From assembly GCA_043811915.1 (NCBI GenBank), contig JBDRMS010000005.1:41300-105299 (forward strand): 64,000 nucleotides of DNA, read 5' to 3'. This DNA is from a bacterium (GTDB lineage: Bacteria > Patescibacteriota > Andersenbacteria > UBA10190). The notes under the pieces are model-generated. The model had not been told where the DNA came from and did no database searches. It worked only from the letters and a program-made list of their open reading frames with translations. The position numbers and the translations under genes are program-made. Positions 9,406-19,464 of this stretch are shown one piece after another (the stretch's first letter is position 1; the number at the start of each line of letters is the position of its first letter).

Positions 9406-9650
9406 CTATACACCCCTTGCCGCTGCCCGACACGGATAACCAAAACCAGCAGCAACTTTCTTTTGGTATAAATTATTCGGTAAGATCCAACTCGTATCGA
9501 ATAGTAGCCTCTGTAATCACCACGCAGCTTTTTGCCCCTGTATGGATCCTCCCCAATAAACACCAACGCCGCGTCAATCCGCCGTTGATGTTTCCTGGGT
9601 ATTTTTTCGAGATCTCTTTTTGCGCTTCTTGTTAACTCTACGCGATGCAT
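9402..9650 (-). CDS. Type II toxin, RelE/ParE family
   Basis: MHRVELTRSAKRDL...GKKLRG...YSIRVGSYRIIY...VIRVGQRQGVYR. Confidence 0.9.
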   Translation of the reverse strand: MHRVELTRSAKRDLEKIPRKHQRRIDAALVFIGEDPYRGKKLRGDYRGYYSIRVGSYRIIYTKRKLLLVLVIRVGQRQGVYR

Positions 9651-9954
9651 AAACTTCCTTTCCTTTGTCGGCCAGCACATAGCCATGCTCGGCCAGGATG
9701 TCTTCCAAGGAAACTGTTTTCCCTTGCCTTAAATCCTTCTCTGCTTCTTCAACGTCCTTATCTAAATCAGGAAATTGATTCATAACTTCAATAGTCTCCT
9801 GCCAGGATTCAAACTCCTCGGCCGATAGCATAACCACTTTCGCCCGACCCTTCTCGGTCAAAATATAAATAGTCCCTGGTTTTTGCACCTCCTTAGCCAG
9901 GTCGAAAATTCGCTTGCGGGCCTCTGTAAGGGATATGGTATTTCTTGAGTCCAT
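9574..9954 (-). CDS. Type II antitoxin, Phd/YefM family
   Basis: ISLTEARKRIFDL...ILTEKGRAKVVMLSAEEFESWQETIE; upstream of and overlapping the toxin. Confidence 0.9.
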   Translation of the reverse strand: MDSRNTISLTEARKRIFDLAKEVQKPGTIYILTEKGRAKVVMLSAEEFESWQETIEVMNQFPDLDKDVEEAEKDLRQGKTVSLEDILAEHGYVLADKGKEVYASRRVNKKRKKRSRKNTQETSTAD

Positions 9955-9972
9955 AAGATTTTCTTTTAGGAT

Positions 9973-9994
9973 ATGTACATTATAACGTACGTTA
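9973..9994. promoter_or_regulatory. Paired operator palindromes ATGTACAT and TAACGTACGTTA
   Basis: GTAC-centred palindromes 12 bp apart centre-to-centre, upstream of the antitoxin. Confidence 0.7.
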
Positions 9995-9998
9995 CAAA

Positions 9999-10703
9999 TC
10001 AAAGCAACCCATTCTCCTTAAAACTATACACCCGCGTCTTGCTAAAAATGACATGGTCCAGCAGCTGAATGCCCATTAACTTCCCTGCTTCAACCAGACG
10101 CTTAGTCACCACAATATCCGCCTCGCTTGGGCATGGATCCCCCGACGGGTGATTATGCGCCACCGCGATATGCGTCGCGTTCCGGCGGATAGCCGCGTCA
10201 AACGTCTCTCTGGGGTGCACCAGGTTAGCGTTCACTGTTCCCACCGCTATCCTGTCCACCCCCAACACCCTGTTCCGGTTATCAAACGACACCACAAAAA
10301 AGTTTTCCTTCTTATAATTCCCCACCAGGGGACTAACCACGGCAAAAACATCCTGGGCTGAAGTTACCGCTTTGCTTTTATTCCTATTCTCTTTTCCGCT
10401 CACGTCCTCCTTAACCACCCGCCGCGCTATTTCCAGGCATGCTTTCAATTGCAACGCCTTAGCCGGCCCCAGCCCCGTCACCTCCTGCAACTGTTCCAGT
10501 GAAGCATCTACCACGCCGCGCAAAGACCCGAAGCGGGACAAAAGTTCCTGCGCCAGGTGTATTACCGACTGGCCCGCTACCCCGCGCCCCAGCACCACGG
10601 CCAGCAGCTCCTGCGCCGACACCGCGTCCGGCCCCAATCGCTTAAGCCGCTCCCGCGGCCGCTCCTCCGCCGGCATATCCCTTACCGTAAACGACCCCGC
10701 CAT
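9999..10703 (-). CDS. radC: RadC family JAB-domain protein
   Basis: ERPRERL, GLGPAKA, VHPRETF, AHNHPSGD and LLDHVI motifs. Confidence 0.93.
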   Translation of the reverse strand: MAGSFTVRDMPAEERPRERLKRLGPDAVSAQELLAVVLGRGVAGQSVIHLAQELLSRFGSLRGVVDASLEQLQEVTGLGPAKALQLKACLEIARRVVKEDVSGKENRNKSKAVTSAQDVFAVVSPLVGNYKKENFFVVSFDNRNRVLGVDRIAVGTVNANLVHPRETFDAAIRRNATHIAVAHNHPSGDPCPSEADIVVTKRLVEAGKLMGIQLLDHVIFSKTRVYSFKENGLL

Positions 10704-10806
10704 ATACTCTCTATTGTACCAGCTCCCATAGACGGCGGCACGCCATACTTGCCAAAGCAGGAGTTTTGGATTATCCATAACATTCACGTTAAAGTTTCCT
10801 ATATAT

Positions 10807-11898
10807 ATGAACTTCGCCGTTATTGAATATACTAGCAAGTCAGGGCAGGTCTGGCGACACAGACCCGGTCAGCCTAATTACTTGCAAGACCCGGCCAAAG
10901 TGATTGATCCTACCAGCTTTGGCTGCTACGTTTCGGCCCTGGCCGGAGAGCATATACCTCTTACAAAGCTGATCGGAACCGGCAGCTTGCTCAAAAGAAT
11001 CATTAAGAAATTGACCGGCTCCTGGCCGCAAAATTACTCACTCGAATATTTAAGAAAGTTCGATTGTCTCATAGTTGTCCACCAAATCAGCAACGCCCAC
11101 GAGGTCACCGCCTTTGTTGAGCGTCTGAAGCGGGAACTGCCCCGCCTCTTTATTTTCGGTGTGCCCACCCAGCCTTATGGCATATTAAAACCGCACCTGG
11201 AAAAGAACGACCGGGCCAGGCATAACTTTGTGGAATACATGAACGCCTGCGACGTCTTTCTCACGGTAGTAAAAGACACAAAATCGTGGTATGAATCTTT
11301 GACGACTACGCCGGTAGAATATTTACCCCAGATATATCCTGCCCACTTCGCTGCTAAATTTTTCAAAGCCCAACAACAAAAAGATAAAGTACTGTTCGTC
11401 GCTGGCGTAACCTCCCGCCCCGAAATTATAAGAGGACTTAGAGTAGCCCGAGCCTTACAAAAAGAATTTCCCGATTATATTATCCAGGTTACCCGGATTC
11501 CCGGCATCGACATGAACCTTTCAGAATTGGCCGGCGCGAATTATGAAGTTTTGCCCTTCCAGCAGTGGCGTCAGCATTTACCCGAGCTGGCTAAAAAGAT
11601 GCTCGTTATTAATACCGACTACACTTTAACCCGCGGCCGTGTGCAGGTGGACTGTGCCGCCGTCGGCACTCCCAGCCTGGGCGCCAACTCCGACGGGCAA
11701 ACCGACTTATATCCACTTCTTGCCTCAAGACCAGAAACATCAGTCGAAGAGCTTGTTAGTTTGGGACAAAAACTACTCACCGACGAAACTTACTATCAGC
11801 AAACAGTCCAAACAGCCCAGCACAAACTGCAAAAATACGATTACGAAGAATCAGCCGTCCGCCTTCAACTATTAGTCAAGTCATATAGAAAAATATGA
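10807..11898 (+). CDS. Divergent GT-B glycosyltransferase-like protein
   Basis: C-terminal GRVQVDCAAVGTPSLG resembles the GT4 EAxAxGxP motif. Confidence 0.55.
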   Translation: MNFAVIEYTSKSGQVWRHRPGQPNYLQDPAKVIDPTSFGCYVSALAGEHIPLTKLIGTGSLLKRIIKKLTGSWPQNYSLEYLRKFDCLIVVHQISNAHEVTAFVERLKRELPRLFIFGVPTQPYGILKPHLEKNDRARHNFVEYMNACDVFLTVVKDTKSWYESLTTTPVEYLPQIYPAHFAAKFFKAQQQKDKVLFVAGVTSRPEIIRGLRVARALQKEFPDYIIQVTRIPGIDMNLSELAGANYEVLPFQQWRQHLPELAKKMLVINTDYTLTRGRVQVDCAAVGTPSLGANSDGQTDLYPLLASRPETSVEELVSLGQKLLTDETYYQQTVQTAQHKLQKYDYEESAVRLQLLVKSYRKI

Positions 11899-12914
11899 AG
11901 CGCTTTCTCATTAGACACCTGGGAAATATGGGAGATATGGTCTTCTTTATCCCCCCCGTGCTGGCCACATTAAAAAAACACTACCCCGGCTGCCATATAA
12001 CTTTTGTCACTGTCTGGGGTTTCAAAGATAAAAAAGGGCAGTGGGGGAAAAGAGACCAGGGTGGCTTCTCCATCCACCTCATAATGACCAACCCTCATCT
12101 TGATCAACTCGTTCACTACCACGACACCAAGCTGTCACTGGATGGCAAAATATGCCGCGAGGATGGTCAAAGTTTTCCCACCTGGAACAAAAAATACTAT
12201 GACCAACAAAAAAACTCTGGCCGGTATGATCAGGTTTTCGAGCTGGATTTTGGCTTGAAGGTTGACGATAATCCTATTCAGCGCATGTATGAAACTATTG
12301 GCTTGCCTAATGAGACCCTCACTGATTATAAAATTTACTTTACGGACCGGGACCTGGCAGCAGCCCAGGCCGTTATTGATGACGCCCCTCGCCCGCGCAT
12401 AGTCCTCCTCGAAGGACTGGCCAGTACCACCACCCGCGGATGGGATCCCGGAAAAATACCAGCTCTCGAGCAAGCCATCAAAGAAGTATATCAGGTTGAT
12501 CCTATCTGGTTCGGCGGCAACTATATTCCGGATTACCAGGGGCGTTCTCTTTCTTTACGTGAAAACATTGCCACTTTGTCTTATTGTGATGCTGGCATCG
12601 GGGTTATGTCAGGCCCCATCCATTTTGCTGCCGCCGCCGACCTCCCCACCCTCACTTTATATTGCGACCACCCCATACATCGTGCTGCACCCGCCTATTT
12701 TCTCGGGAAAAAACACCGCACTTTACTCGGTCCTTCCACCCGGCCCTACCAGTTGCTTAAGAACGAGCAGCCAGCCATTGCCCTAACGCCCGCCGAGATC
12801 TCGCGTCAGCAATTCAAAAGTTGGAATCAGCCTGGTCGCCAGACCACCAAAACATGTCTGTCAGTAATTACCGTAGACGAAATCATGCTAGTCTTAAAAG
12901 AAATGTTATCGTAA
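11895..12914 (+). CDS. Glycosyltransferase family 9
   Basis: LGNMGDMVF, SLRENIATL and SGPIHFAAA motifs. Confidence 0.8.
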   Translation: MKRFLIRHLGNMGDMVFFIPPVLATLKKHYPGCHITFVTVWGFKDKKGQWGKRDQGGFSIHLIMTNPHLDQLVHYHDTKLSLDGKICREDGQSFPTWNKKYYDQQKNSGRYDQVFELDFGLKVDDNPIQRMYETIGLPNETLTDYKIYFTDRDLAAAQAVIDDAPRPRIVLLEGLASTTTRGWDPGKIPALEQAIKEVYQVDPIWFGGNYIPDYQGRSLSLRENIATLSYCDAGIGVMSGPIHFAAAADLPTLTLYCDHPIHRAAPAYFLGKKHRTLLGPSTRPYQLLKNEQPAIALTPAEISRQQFKSWNQPGRQTTKTCLSVITVDEIMLVLKEMLS

Positions 12915-12916
12915 TT

Positions 12917-13621
12917 ATGAATTCTCCCTGGGTAGTCATTCCCACTTACAATGAAAAAGGCAATATCGAACGCATGATTTCTTCCCTTTTCAGCCAAGGG
13001 GTCAACAATCTGTCGGTCCTTATTGTCGACGATAATTCCCCCGACGGAACAGGTGGCATAGTTCGTCGCCTGCAAGCAAGCTATCCCAACCTCCATCTGG
13101 AAATTCGGGCTAAGAAATCCGGTCTGGGGCGAGCTTATATTCACGGCTTCCGCTATGCGCTTGATCACGATGCTACTAATGTAGTCCAAATGGACGCCGA
13201 TTTCTCTCATGATCCCAAGGATGTTCCCCGCTTATTACAACAATTAGACCAATATGACGTTGTCATTGGCTCCCGTTACTCCCACGGCATCAGTGTTATC
13301 AACTGGCCCTTAAGCCGCTTACTATTAAGTACCGCCGCCAACTATTACGCCCGTCTGGTTACCGGCCTGCCGTACAAAGATGTCACCGGTGGTTTCCGTG
13401 CCTGGCGTGCCTCCTCCCTTGCCGCTATAAAACCGGAAAAGGTCAAGGCCGACGGCTATGGTTTTCAGATTGTTATGACCCACCGCGCCTGGCGACTAAA
13501 GCTTTCTTTTTCAGAAATCCCCATCATTTTTACCGAACGCCGTGAGGGTCAATCTAAAATGAGTAAATCCATAATGTGGGAAGCATTTTGGTTAGTATGG
13601 AAACTAAGACTTTTTGGTTAG
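12917..13621 (+). CDS. Polyprenol monophosphomannose synthase-like GT2 (DPM1/Ppm1)
   Basis: IPTYNE, VDDNSPDGTG, QMDADFSHDP and FTERREGQSKMS motifs. Confidence 0.9.
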   Translation: MNSPWVVIPTYNEKGNIERMISSLFSQGVNNLSVLIVDDNSPDGTGGIVRRLQASYPNLHLEIRAKKSGLGRAYIHGFRYALDHDATNVVQMDADFSHDPKDVPRLLQQLDQYDVVIGSRYSHGISVINWPLSRLLLSTAANYYARLVTGLPYKDVTGGFRAWRASSLAAIKPEKVKADGYGFQIVMTHRAWRLKLSFSEIPIIFTERREGQSKMSKSIMWEAFWLVWKLRLFG

Positions 13622-15774
13622 GACTCCTAGTACTTGTCCTCGTCTTTACATTCTATCCCCTTTGGCAGGGTAAATTTTATGCCGTCGGCGATATGCGCGA
13701 CGTCTTCATCCCTCTGGAAACTTTCTTTCGTCAGGAAATGCTTGCCTTTCGTCTTCCCTCCTGGAATCCGGACATCGCCTGGGGTTTTCCTGTTATTGCC
13801 TCCGCCCAAATTGGCTTTTTCTACCCACCCTTGCTTCTTCTTCGCCTTTTTCCTCCCTGGTTGTACATTCCTCTTATCCTGCTAGGTCACTTGGCTGCTT
13901 TGGCCATTGGCACATTTTTCTTCTTTCGTGCCCTTAAAATTACTCACGCGGGCTCTTATTTTGGCAGCATAAACTACACTCTGGGCAGCTTTATAATTCA
14001 GCATCTTTCTCACCTCAACATAATCATTACCACTGCCTGGCTCCCCTGGCAGCTTCTTGCTGTCCACAAAATAACTGCCAGGCCCAGGCTTGCTATCAGA
14101 CAGATTATTATACTGTCCCTCGTATTCGGGCTTCCTTTCCTGGCCGGGCAATTACAAATACCGGCCATGATGGCTATCGTATCCGCCGCTTACTTCTTTT
14201 ATCTTCGTTTTCAACAGCGCAAAAATATTTTTCGTCCCGTCCTTCTCCTGCTGTTGATTGCGGCGCTTTCCTTTCTTATTGCTGCCGCTCAACTTCTGCC
14301 CACTCTTGAGCTAATCACGCAGTCCTCTCGTGGACCCTCTGGCGACTTTGATATCCAGCAAGCCAACCAATATAGTTTTCCTCTTTATCACCTCCCCACG
14401 TTGATCTGGCCGCGTTTTTATGGGAATGACAGCACTTATTGGGGCGCCCGTCTGCAAGTCGAACAAGGCATATTTATCGGGTCAATCCCCCTAATACTTG
14501 CCCTATGGTTTATTGTTACAAGAATTAGCCGGCATATAAATCGATTCTGGCTTTTTCTTCTAATCATTTCTTTTTTTCTCGCCCTAGGCTCCCTTTCCCC
14601 ATTCAGACTTCTCGGCCTTGAGCCTTCCTTGTGGGTTTTTTCCGCCCCCGCCCGGTGGCTACTCTTCACAACCTTTTCTCTGTCCTTGTTTGCAGCTCGG
14701 GGGCTCGACCTGGCGCCAAAACACACGTGCTCGCTTAGACGTTTTGCTTTTTTTGGCGCCATTATTATTACTGCCATTGCCTTAATCGGCACGCTTGTCT
14801 TATTCACTGCCGACGACTCGCTTCTTAAAAATCTGGCCGCTAATGCCTTTTGGGGTAATCTTAATCGCCTCCCGGACTACTATACAGAGAAACTCAACAG
14901 TCTTATTAACAGCGCCCGCTCCAGTTCCTTTTCCCTGGCCGCGCCGGCTGCCGCTCTCCCCGTAATATTTTTAAGTGCTCTCCCCTTTATTCTTACCAGA
15001 CGACGCTGTTTGCCCGTTATACTTGCTATCACTACTGTCGAACTTGTCATTATCGCTGCCACAACCATCCCCGCCACCAGTTGGAATAATATACTTACAC
15101 CGCCCGATACCATCGCCGCTCTTCCCGCTGTCGTACTGGAAAAACAGGCTCGCATTTTTTCTTTCCGCCCGCCCGGCGACACCGGGCAATATTTCAGCAA
15201 CCCGGAAACCAGGCCCGACGCTAAAACGCGTGCCCAGCTCCGAACATTGCTTACGCCGCTAAGCCATGCCATCTATCACCTTCCCGGTATTGAGTGGCCG
15301 GCTTCTCTTCACCTGGCCTATCATGCTGACGTGCTTGATAGCATCCGCAGTTCTGACAGCCAGTGGCTTAAAGACGTAAACCGCGCTGAGCAATTGAACA
15401 TTGGCGCCGTACTCGTGCCCGCAAATGATGGCGTTAGCATCTACCAACTGTCCCCTGCCCCCCGCGCTTCCACCCAAGGCGCCAGTACATATCAGACCAT
15501 CAGTCCTACGCACACCAGGATATCAGTGGATGTGCCCGCCGACGCCGCTCTGACCATTCGCGACAGTTACTACCCTGGCTGGCGCGCCTATATAGACGAC
15601 GTCCGTACCCCTATCGCCCAAGCCGACGCAATCTTTCGTCAGTTAGCCATCCCTGCCGGCCGCCACCAGGTTGACATGTACTATCGCCCCCTGGCCCTGT
15701 ACCTCGGTCTGGTTTTATCGGCCCTGACTATTACCTTTTCCGCTGTGGTTATATTAAAGTCAGAACGAATATGA
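13597..15774 (+). CDS. YfhO family membrane protein (GT-C-like)
   Basis: PSWNPDIAWGFP...FFYPP, AAQLLPTLEL and C-terminal DSYYPGWRAYID...GRHQV motifs. Confidence 0.82.
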   Translation: METKTFWLGLLVLVLVFTFYPLWQGKFYAVGDMRDVFIPLETFFRQEMLAFRLPSWNPDIAWGFPVIASAQIGFFYPPLLLLRLFPPWLYIPLILLGHLAALAIGTFFFFRALKITHAGSYFGSINYTLGSFIIQHLSHLNIIITTAWLPWQLLAVHKITARPRLAIRQIIILSLVFGLPFLAGQLQIPAMMAIVSAAYFFYLRFQQRKNIFRPVLLLLLIAALSFLIAAAQLLPTLELITQSSRGPSGDFDIQQANQYSFPLYHLPTLIWPRFYGNDSTYWGARLQVEQGIFIGSIPLILALWFIVTRISRHINRFWLFLLIISFFLALGSLSPFRLLGLEPSLWVFSAPARWLLFTTFSLSLFAARGLDLAPKHTCSLRRFAFFGAIIITAIALIGTLVLFTADDSLLKNLAANAFWGNLNRLPDYYTEKLNSLINSARSSSFSLAAPAAALPVIFLSALPFILTRRRCLPVILAITTVELVIIAATTIPATSWNNILTPPDTIAALPAVVLEKQARIFSFRPPGDTGQYFSNPETRPDAKTRAQLRTLLTPLSHAIYHLPGIEWPASLHLAYHADVLDSIRSSDSQWLKDVNRAEQLNIGAVLVPANDGVSIYQLSPAPRASTQGASTYQTISPTHTRISVDVPADAALTIRDSYYPGWRAYIDDVRTPIAQADAIFRQLAIPAGRHQVDMYYRPLALYLGLVLSALTITFSAVVILKSERI

Positions 15775-16958
15775 AGCTGCTTTTTTCCGCCTTCACCGGC
15801 TATAACTTAAGAGAACTACTGCTGCCGCTTACTCCCCTCATTAACCAGGACAAGAATATCAATGAAGTTATCGTTGTCAGTCCGGCCGCTCCCTACCGCG
15901 ATCAGCTGTTCGCTTATCTCCCCGCTAAATACAGGTTTTTAACCGATCAACCCGGCGTTAGCGGCTACAAAAAATTATTATCTGACCACCAACCAGATTG
16001 CGTCGTTACCCCAACTCCCGGCCTGGAAGAAAAAGACATTCCTCTACTGCAAGCAGCCAGGCAAATCGGCATCCCCACCGTTACTTTCATAGCCAGCTGG
16101 GACAATGTATATAAATTAGCCAGGCGCATAAAAATTAGAAAATATAAACAACAATACGCCGTTGCTGATCACTTTGCTGTCTGGAACGCCATGAATAAGA
16201 AACATCTTCTTAACATCGTCCCGCGCCTCGCGCCACAGCAGATAACAGTCACCGGTGCCCCCCGCCTCGACTTCCTGTCCGACCCGGTCAAAATTCCCAG
16301 TCGGGAAACTTTGCTGCAGCGTCTGAAAATTCCTGATGACGGGAAAAAGTTAATCCATGTAGCTTCCACGGAACTATATCCCAGCGACTACATCATCAAA
16401 GCCATCGCTGACCGTGGCGACTGTCACATTCTGTTGTCAGTCCACCCGGGAGGAAATATTACCTTCCACCGCCGTTATGCGGAGCCCTACCGCGCTTTCG
16501 TTCGCTATTCATTTGGCCGCCGCCGGCATTCCCCTGTGCCGGAGTTTACTTATAACCCCACCCTGGATGATCTTCGCCTGCACGCTGCCCTATTTCTTCA
16601 TAGTGATCTCCTTATTAATCATTCTTCCACCGTTACCATTGAATCTTTGCTGGCTGACACACCTGTTATTAATGTCAAATATGGCAAACCCCTGGACTGG
16701 TGGCGCTGGCACCGCTCTATGGTTTACCGGGATTTCAATCAGCACGCCAGAATTATTATCGATTCCGGCGCCACCGCCGTTGTCCATTCTCGCCGCGAGC
16801 TCATTAATGCCGTAGCCGCCAATCTGCAGGATCCGGCCATGCATCAAGCTGCCCGCCGCGCCCTGGCTATCAAAATGGTCACCATTACCGACGGCACCGC
16901 CGGCCGGAGACTACTTGACCTCATCAAAAATGTTGCCGACTATAAAGGTACACCATGA
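15771..16958 (+). CDS. GT-B fold protein, CDP-glycerol glycerophosphotransferase-like
   Basis: SWDN, VTGAPRLD, VHP, SSTVTIE and DGTAGRR motifs. Confidence 0.6.
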   Translation: MKLLFSAFTGYNLRELLLPLTPLINQDKNINEVIVVSPAAPYRDQLFAYLPAKYRFLTDQPGVSGYKKLLSDHQPDCVVTPTPGLEEKDIPLLQAARQIGIPTVTFIASWDNVYKLARRIKIRKYKQQYAVADHFAVWNAMNKKHLLNIVPRLAPQQITVTGAPRLDFLSDPVKIPSRETLLQRLKIPDDGKKLIHVASTELYPSDYIIKAIADRGDCHILLSVHPGGNITFHRRYAEPYRAFVRYSFGRRRHSPVPEFTYNPTLDDLRLHAALFLHSDLLINHSSTVTIESLLADTPVINVKYGKPLDWWRWHRSMVYRDFNQHARIIIDSGATAVVHSRRELINAVAANLQDPAMHQAARRALAIKMVTITDGTAGRRLLDLIKNVADYKGTP

Positions 16959-17821
16959 CTTTCCATTGCATTGCCTTCCCCGTTCAGATACAAACCGTCA
17001 ACTTTTTAAGAGCTGCCTGTATTAAGCGTAAAATTGATTTTAATTTAATCAATCCCGCGGCAGTTGATTACACCAATACCAGCAACATCCCGATGGCCGG
17101 TGATATCCTTTATCGTGCACCCACCGTACAATCTAACAGTAAAGATGCCGGGGTTGTTGAAGGATTTCTGCTCCACGACCAGGTTACAACTTTCTATCAC
17201 TCATATCAGCGTGCTCTCTGTCGCTTCGTCAGCTCTTTTGTAGTTCACCAGAAAGCCAATCTGCCCATTCCCAAAACCATTCCCCGCCTTAGTTGCAACC
17301 GGAAACTGCTCAAAAAATATGTCGACTATGTCGGCGGTTTTCCCGTCATTATCAAAGCCACCGGCGGCAGCCACGGCATCGGCGTTATGAAAGTAGACTC
17401 TATGGAGTCACTTTTTTCCATTGTCGACTATCTGCACCAGAGTCACCAGCACATAATTATGCGGCAATTTATTGATGTCGCAACATCCGCCCGCCTCATT
17501 GTTCTAGGCAACCAGATAGTCTCCAGCATAGAATATGCCGCTCCCGACGATGACTTTCGCTCCAATGTGGGAATTTTTCCTATCGTGAAAGCCAAGGAAT
17601 TCCCTCCGGAAATTCAAAAACTGGCCATCGAAGCCACGCAGCTATTAGGTGTTGATTTTGGTGGCGTCGACATTTTAATCGACAATGAAAGTAAGCCCTT
17701 CATCACCGAAGTCAACTTTCCCTGTAACTTCGCCCGCGCCCAAAAAACTACCGGCATTGATATTGCCGGTCTGATGGTTGACTTTCTTGTTCAGAAATCT
17801 AAACGGTCGACTGGTGACTAA
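16955..17821 (+). CDS. RimK-like ATP-grasp ligase
   Basis: PVIIKATGGSHGIGV, DFRSN, FGGVDIL and EVN motifs. Confidence 0.85.
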   Translation: MTFHCIAFPVQIQTVNFLRAACIKRKIDFNLINPAAVDYTNTSNIPMAGDILYRAPTVQSNSKDAGVVEGFLLHDQVTTFYHSYQRALCRFVSSFVVHQKANLPIPKTIPRLSCNRKLLKKYVDYVGGFPVIIKATGGSHGIGVMKVDSMESLFSIVDYLHQSHQHIIMRQFIDVATSARLIVLGNQIVSSIEYAAPDDDFRSNVGIFPIVKAKEFPPEIQKLAIEATQLLGVDFGGVDILIDNESKPFITEVNFPCNFARAQKTTGIDIAGLMVDFLVQKSKRSTGD

Positions 17822-18473
17822 ACGAGGTGTTGTAACATTTGTTTTTGACGACGGCTATGAACGTGTTTACCAAAACGCCCTACCCCTGCTTAATAAATAC
17901 AACATGCCGGCTGTATTCGCCGTTTCTCTTGATGCCCCCAAATTAACCAGGGGAAAAGAGTTCAGAAAAATAAGGCCCTGGCAGGGCTGGCTGCCCCTTC
18001 GTCACCAGGGTCACGAAATAGCCTCCCACACCGTCACTCATCCCGACTTGACTAAAATCGATGCCGCCCGGCTTGACCATGAGCTGCAACAATCAGCCCG
18101 GTTACTCAATACCACTACTCTCGTTTATCCAGGCGGTGCATTTAATGATGATGTAGTGCGAGCAGCCAGCAAATATTACACTGCCGCCCGCACTATCAAA
18201 AAAGGGCTGGAATCCCTGCCGCCCCGGGATGCTCTACGCCTCAAGGTTAAGAAAAACTATTCACGTAACAACTTCTCCGTTTTAAAAGCTAATCTTCGTG
18301 TCTTATGGGCTTATCTCACCAATTCCTGGATCATCGAAACCTTCCACATGATCGACGATGATGATCAACAGATGGTACACACTGTTAAAACAAGCGATTT
18401 CTCTAATCACCTAGCTTTTGTCAGCCGTCTTCCCATTCAAGTTAAAACCATCTGCGACTGTCTCGGGAAATAA
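17814..18473 (+). CDS. Polysaccharide deacetylase (NodB/CE4)
   Basis: TFVFDDG, HEIASHTVTHPDL and YPGG motifs. Confidence 0.85.
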   Translation: MTKRGVVTFVFDDGYERVYQNALPLLNKYNMPAVFAVSLDAPKLTRGKEFRKIRPWQGWLPLRHQGHEIASHTVTHPDLTKIDAARLDHELQQSARLLNTTTLVYPGGAFNDDVVRAASKYYTAARTIKKGLESLPPRDALRLKVKKNYSRNNFSVLKANLRVLWAYLTNSWIIETFHMIDDDDQQMVHTVKTSDFSNHLAFVSRLPIQVKTICDCLGK

Positions 18474-19409
18474 CATATCAACAATATCTCGGGCCGGGTT
18501 GCGTTTATCCCCTCGCGTTGGTTGCAAATGAAGTGTCAAATCAGGAGCCGAATTCAGTTCAATAATCCTGCCGATAGATGATTTTATATCAGGTGTTATG
18601 CAGTCAATCCCCACTACTGAAGCATCAAAAAGTTCAGCCACCCTCATCGCTTCAGATTTGATTGTCTCGCCAATTGTGTTCGTTATATCAACCACGGTAC
18701 CTCCTAAATGAGCGTTTACCGCCGCAGCCAGCACAACCTGGCGTCCCTTTTCCGGCACGCTTTCCAAATCCAAACCCTGTTTACTTAATATCTCGCTCAC
18801 CATCTCTCCCAATTTGACCCGGCGGCCAGCCGGCGCCGAATCATTTTTACTTTTTATCAGTTGTTCAACGTTACTCACGCCATCACTCGCCACTCCCGCC
18901 GCGAAACGCTGTACCGCATACACAATTCTTTTATCCAGTACTAGTAGTCGCATTTCCTGCCCGTCAACATGTTCCTGGCACACAACTCTTCGTTCGCCCG
19001 CACTACTCTTTTGCTCTCTGGCAAATTTCACGGCTCGAGCTACCTGGCCAGGCGTAGTTATGTTCGGAGTAACACCGTTGCCTTGTACTCCGCAAACCGG
19101 TTTGATTACAATTTTTCTGTGCTTTTCAAGAAACCTTAAAATCATATTCAAATCATCAGTATAAAGAGTAGCCGGCACCGGAAAGCCCAGCTGTTCAAGC
19201 ATATTTATAGCCAAAGCCTTGTTCGAGAAAATTTTGTAAGTAACACTGCCAGACTTATTAGAACAGCTTTGACAAACAAGTTCCCGGTGTCCATTCAGCT
19301 CCAATACCGCAATGTTTCGGTTTATATCCTCCATTGTTGTGGCCTTTATGCCACGCCGACAAGCCTCTTTGACAATAATTTCAGTATGTGCACTAATACC
19401 ATTCTGCAT
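18411..19409 (-). CDS. Cyanophycin synthetase/GshAB-type stand-alone ATP-grasp protein
   Basis: KPVCGVQGNGVT, NAHLGG, GIDCITPDI and IELNSAPDLTLH motifs. Confidence 0.78.
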   Translation of the reverse strand: MQNGISAHTEIIVKEACRRGIKATTMEDINRNIAVLELNGHRELVCQSCSNKSGSVTYKIFSNKALAINMLEQLGFPVPATLYTDDLNMILRFLEKHRKIVIKPVCGVQGNGVTPNITTPGQVARAVKFAREQKSSAGERRVVCQEHVDGQEMRLLVLDKRIVYAVQRFAAGVASDGVSNVEQLIKSKNDSAPAGRRVKLGEMVSEILSKQGLDLESVPEKGRQVVLAAAVNAHLGGTVVDITNTIGETIKSEAMRVAELFDASVVGIDCITPDIKSSIGRIIELNSAPDLTLHLQPTRGDKRNPARDIVDMLFPETVADGFNLNGKTADKS

Positions 19410-19464
19410 AAAAGACTATTAAGATTCATTAAAGTACCACTACTCACCACCTTTGTCACTTATT

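Noticed and set aside
17944-17981. CCAGGG...CCCTGG inverted repeat in the deacetylase gene
   Set aside because: Only 6 bp, with no similarity to the repeat families; compatible with chance.
18411-19409. Cyanophycin synthetase cphA
   Set aside because: Only 332 aa; lacks the Mur-ligase half, and there is no cyanophycinase nearby.
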